64,000 nucleotides of DNA, from contig JAGGUN010000019.1 of assembly GCA_021158465.1 (NCBI GenBank), positions 82,796-146,795 of the forward strand, given 5' to 3'. Made by a program: the position numbers and the translations under genes. Under the pieces are notes generated by a model, which saw nothing but the letters and a program-made list of their open reading frames with translations, was not told where the DNA came from and ran no database searches. How positions within the stretch are numbered: the stretch's first letter is position 1; each line of letters begins with the position of its first letter. The DNA is from a bacterium (GTDB taxonomy: Bacteria; UBP14; UBA6098; 4484-93). Positions 60,846 through 64,000 of the stretch are shown here, piece by piece.

Positions 60846-62680
60846 TCTACTGTAACGGATTTCGCAAGGTTTCTCGGCTGGTCTATGCTGCACCCTCTCA
60901 ACACTGCGGTATAATAAGCGAAGAGCTGCATAGGGATGACAGTCAGAAGCGGCGATAGGAGATAATCGGTCTCAGGAATGTACACAACATCGTCGGCGTA
61001 CCTTCTGATTTCCTCGTTTCCCAGTGTTGCAATAGCAATCACTTTCCCTTTCCTGCTCCTTACCTCCTCGATATTGCTTACCACTTTTTTGTACATCAGG
61101 TCATCGATAGCGATGAAAAATACCGGCATATTCTCATCGATGAGCGCTATTGGACCATGCTTCATTTCCGCTGCCGGATACCCCTCGGCGTGGATGTAAG
61201 AGATCTCCTTCAGTTTCAGTGCCCCTTCCAGCGCAACAGGGAAGTTTATCCCCCTGCCAAGGAAGAGGGCATTGTTTTTCTTATGGTACTTCTCGGCAAT
61301 CTTTTTTATGTTCGCTGTCTGGCTGTCGAGTATCCATTTAATCTTCTCAGGTATCTTGGCAAGATGTGAGGCAAGCTCATATCCTCTTTCGGTGCTCACT
61401 ATTCCTCTCCTCCTACCAAGCATAAGGGCAGTGAGGGCAAGCACTGTAATCTGAGAGGTAAAAGCCTTTGTTGATGCGACGCCTATCTCGGGACCTGCGT
61501 GGATATAAACGCCTGCGTCCGTTTCACGGGCAATTGTCGAGCCTACCACATTCACTATACCGAACACGCTAACCCCTTGATTATGCGCCTCTCTCAGTGC
61601 GGCAAGTGTATCTGCCGTCTCGCCCGATTGGGAAATAACAAACACGGCTGTTCCATCATCGAGCACGGGTGAGCGGTAGCGGAACTCCGAAGCATACTCC
61701 ACCTCGACAGGTATTCTGGCAAGTTCCTCAATAAGGTACTCACCGATGAGTGCTGCATGCCAGGATGTCCCGCAAGCGGTTATCACTATCCTTTTGAGTT
61801 TTTCAATTACATCGAGGTGGCTTTTAAGTCCGTTCAAGCGGGCGGTTCCCATCTCCAGGTTCAACCGACCCCGGAAGGAGTTCCTCACAGTAGCCGGTTG
61901 TTCGAATATCTCCTTGAGCATAAAGTGAGGATACCCTCCCTTCTCCAGCTCCTGCAGCGTCATCGTTAGCTTCTGGACCTCGGGCTTTACCCTATCCTTT
62001 CTCAGTGTGAATATTTCAAACCCATCATCCGTGACCTCTGCCACCTCGCCCTCGTTTAGGTATATTACCCTATTGGTGTACCGTATGATTGCTGCTGCGT
62101 CGGAGGCAACAAAGTTTTCTTTCTCCCCCTTTCCGATTATCACGGGGGAACCGTGCCTTGCTGCATAGAGCTTGTTTGGCTCGTCAGCATTGAGGATTGC
62201 CAAACCGTATGTCCCCTCTATCTGGAGCAGCGCGGATGTCAGAGCATCGATAAACGGAATATCCTTCTTGTAATATTCCTCTATCAGGTGGGCAATAACC
62301 TCTGTGTCGGTCTCCGTTGTGAAGCGGTGTCCCTGTTTCTGAAGATATTTTCGCAGGGCACGGTAGTTCTCGACGATTCCATTGTGAACAACGGCAATAC
62401 GACCTGTGCAGTCGAGATGTGGGTGAGCATTCTTTTCGTTTGGTTCACCGTGGGTTGCCCATCTTGTGTGGGCGACACCGATGTGACTTTCAGCGTCGAC
62501 ATCCTGAAGCTGTTGCTCAAGTCGAGCAATCTTACCCATTGACTTCACCGCAACGATCTCTCCGTCCCTGATGTAGGCCAGACCGGCTGAATCGTATCCC
62601 CTATACTCCATCCGCTTCAGCCCATCAATGAGAACAGGAACTACCTTCCTCTTCCCGATATATCCTATTATACCACACAC
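60842..62680 (-). CDS. glmS: Glutamine--fructose-6-phosphate aminotransferase (isomerising).
   Basis: N-terminal Ntn catalytic Cys (MCGIIGYIG). Two SIS domains. C-terminal ...AKSVTVE. Length 612 aa. Confidence 0.95.
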   Translation of the reverse strand: MCGIIGYIGKRKVVPVLIDGLKRMEYRGYDSAGLAYIRDGEIVAVKSMGKIARLEQQLQDVDAESHIGVAHTRWATHGEPNEKNAHPHLDCTGRIAVVHNGIVENYRALRKYLQKQGHRFTTETDTEVIAHLIEEYYKKDIPFIDALTSALLQIEGTYGLAILNADEPNKLYAARHGSPVIIGKGEKENFVASDAAAIIRYTNRVIYLNEGEVAEVTDDGFEIFTLRKDRVKPEVQKLTMTLQELEKGGYPHFMLKEIFEQPATVRNSFRGRLNLEMGTARLNGLKSHLDVIEKLKRIVITACGTSWHAALIGEYLIEELARIPVEVEYASEFRYRSPVLDDGTAVFVISQSGETADTLAALREAHNQGVSVFGIVNVVGSTIARETDAGVYIHAGPEIGVASTKAFTSQITVLALTALMLGRRRGIVSTERGYELASHLAKIPEKIKWILDSQTANIKKIAEKYHKKNNALFLGRGINFPVALEGALKLKEISYIHAEGYPAAEMKHGPIALIDENMPVFFIAIDDLMYKKVVSNIEEVRSRKGKVIAIATLGNEEIRRYADDVVYIPETDYLLSPLLTVIPMQLFAYYTAVLRGCSIDQPRNLAKSVTVE

Positions 62681-62683
62681 TAT

Positions 62684-63160
62684 TTATTCCTCCTGCGACT
62701 GGATCTTGATAAACTCAACTGGAATTCCTGCTTCTCTCAACATCTTTTCTGCCAGCGTATCTGGGTATCTTTCGACAACAACAATCCGAACAATCCCGGC
62801 GTTTATCAGCATCTTTGAGCATGTGATGCACGGTTGAGTGGTGCAGTAGAGTGTTGCTCCAACGGTCGATACGCCAAAGCGGGCAGCCTGGATTATTGCA
62901 TTCTGCTCCGCGTGGAGCCCTCGGCATATCTCTTGCCTTTCACCCGATGGAATACCGAGCTGGTCGCGCAGACACCCGACCTCAAGACAATGCTTAATGC
63001 CTGTTGGTGCGCCGTTGTATCCGGTCGATATTATCCGTCTGTCACGAACGAGAATCGCACCGACCTTTCGGCGAAGGCAAGTCGAGCGTGTGGATACAAG
63101 GTAAGCCAGGTGCATAAAATACTCATCCCAGCTCGGACGCTTGTACCCATCATTTTCCAT
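62684..63160 (-). CDS. dCMP deaminase (cytidine/deoxycytidylate deaminase family, ComEB-like).
   Basis: Zinc-binding motifs HAEQNAI and [14 protein letters not shown]. Length about 158 aa. Confidence 0.85.
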   Translation of the reverse strand: MENDGYKRPSWDEYFMHLAYLVSTRSTCLRRKVGAILVRDRRIISTGYNGAPTGIKHCLEVGCLRDQLGIPSGERQEICRGLHAEQNAIIQAARFGVSTVGATLYCTTQPCITCSKMLINAGIVRIVVVERYPDTLAEKMLREAGIPVEFIKIQSQEE

Positions 63161-63188
63161 TTGACAATCCCTTCTGTTTAGCTAAATT
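63161..63188 (+). promoter_or_regulatory. Candidate sigma-70-type promoter (TTGACA, 16-nt spacer, TAAATT) upstream of the small membrane protein ORF.
   Basis: TTGACA at 63161-63166 and TAAATT at 63183-63188, about 32 nt upstream of the ATG at 63221. Confidence 0.25.
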
Positions 63189-63220
63189 TATAAAAAATTC
63201 CGAAATGCGAAAGGGGAAAA

Positions 63221-63403
63221 ATGAAAAAATCTCTTGAAATCATCCTCATCATCATCTACGGGTTGATACCTGCACTTCTGACTGTCGTCTGTGGGTTCTC
63301 GATACAAACTATGGTAATAATGTATTTCATATTTGCCGTAGGGATAACAGCTTTCTACTCCTATCAGTATAAGAACTACATAAAGAAAAAAGAGGAATTA
63401 TAG
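63221..63403 (+). CDS. Small (60 aa) hypothetical membrane protein with two TM helices.
   Basis: RBS AAAGGGGA. Sequence MKKSLEIILIIIYGLIPALLTVVCGFSIQTMVIMYFIFAVGITAFYSYQYKNYIKKKEEL. No homolog that I recognise. Confidence 0.35.
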   Translation: MKKSLEIILIIIYGLIPALLTVVCGFSIQTMVIMYFIFAVGITAFYSYQYKNYIKKKEEL

Positions 63404-64000
63404 CAACCTCTCCGCTATCTGAATAGCGTTCAGGGCTGCTCCTTTCCTCAAGTTGTCTGCCACTATCCATAGAAGAACAATCCTGTCCGAGAACATAGCT
63501 TTCCTTATTCTACCCACGAATACATCATCTTTACCGTCTGCATCCCTCGGTGTTGGGATATTATCGGTAACGGAGATACCTGGGGCATCGCCCAGGATGT
63601 TGCGAATCTCCTCTATTGATACCTCATTCTCGAATTCGACTGTTACCACCTCGCTGTGGGCGTTCCTAACGGGAACACGAACGGTTGTCGCAAGTAGCTT
63701 CAGTTCCGGCTCACCGAGTATCTTTCTTGACTCGAATATTATCTTTCGTTCCTCCTCACAGAAACCATCAAGGGAAAATTCCCCTATCTGTGGAATCAGG
63801 TTCTCGAATATATCCTTCTGGAAGGGCGACTGTGAGTAGCCCTCGATAAACATTGCAGATAACCCTCTTCTCCCTGCACCTGATGTTGCCTGCATGGTTA
63901 CGACATCGACCCGAACCAGAGGGGAAAGCTTCCTCAGGTAGTGAAGGACAAGCACCAGCTGTATGGTCGAGCAGTTCGGATTGGCAATCAATCTGTCCGA
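63398..64000 (-). CDS. asd: Aspartate-semialdehyde dehydrogenase, C-terminal part. The gene continues past the window end.
   Basis: Active-site Cys motif IANPNCSTI and the following QATSGAG motif. The reading frame is open to the window edge. Confidence 0.85.
   Translation of the reverse strand, partial: SDRLIANPNCSTIQLVLVLHYLRKLSPLVRVDVVTMQATSGAGRRGLSAMFIEGYSQSPFQKDIFENLIPQIGEFSLDGFCEEERKIIFESRKILGEPELKLLATTVRVPVRNAHSEVVTVEFENEVSIEEIRNILGDAPGISVTDNIPTPRDADGKDDVFVGRIRKAMFSDRIVLLWIVADNLRKGAALNAIQIAERLL

Noticed and set aside
1-64000. CRISPR arrays, rRNA, IS elements or prophage genes
   Set aside because: I found no repeat-spacer periodicity, no transposase or integrase ORFs and no rRNA-like segments. 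The only stable RNA found is tRNA-Arg.

Overview
This is a densely coding 64-kb chromosomal segment, about 50% GC, from a Gram-negative bacterium. The gene content suggests an FCB-group or candidate-phylum organism with a type IX secretion system (T9SS): three proteins carry type-A Por C-terminal sorting domains (CTDs) and one carries a type-B CTD. I found no rRNA genes, CRISPR arrays, transposases or integrases.

Housekeeping genes I could recognise: mutS, dxr, prmC, nnr, queD-queE-queC, htrA/degP, folC, tsaB, glmS, a dCMP deaminase, asd (partial at the 3' edge) and one tRNA-Arg(CCG).

Larger systems:
- A complete Bat (Bacteroides aerotolerance)-type operon: moxR, DUF58, batA, batB, batC, batD and batE, with two extra BatD-like paralogs and a TPR/SurA-like membrane protein inserted.
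- A gldA/gldF/gldG-like ABC transporter followed by a DUF4340-like gene.
- Two response regulators with no sensor kinase nearby: a sigma-54 NtrC-type activator and a CheY-like receiver translationally coupled to htrA.
- Secreted M28 and M1 peptidases in one operon, and a secreted S8 subtilase.

The most unusual loci:
- A minus-strand operon (37805-39813) encoding an FN3-like lipoprotein, a lipoprotein with an extreme Cys/Trp-rich and Pro/Tyr-rich tract plus a roughly 200-aa polybasic tail, and a small polybasic secreted protein.
- A bona fide tRNA-Arg whose sequence lies entirely inside the 5' end, including the predicted signal peptide, of the S8 protease ORF.
- A queD gene with no canonical start codon.
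- A type-B CTD giant protein followed by a fused outer-membrane barrel, CARDB and three OmpA-like domains.
- A peptidase-like/PD40/Omp85 fusion.
- Several tightly coupled operons of uncharacterised secreted or membrane proteins.

All calls come from reading the sequence and the ORF translations by eye. No database search was run.
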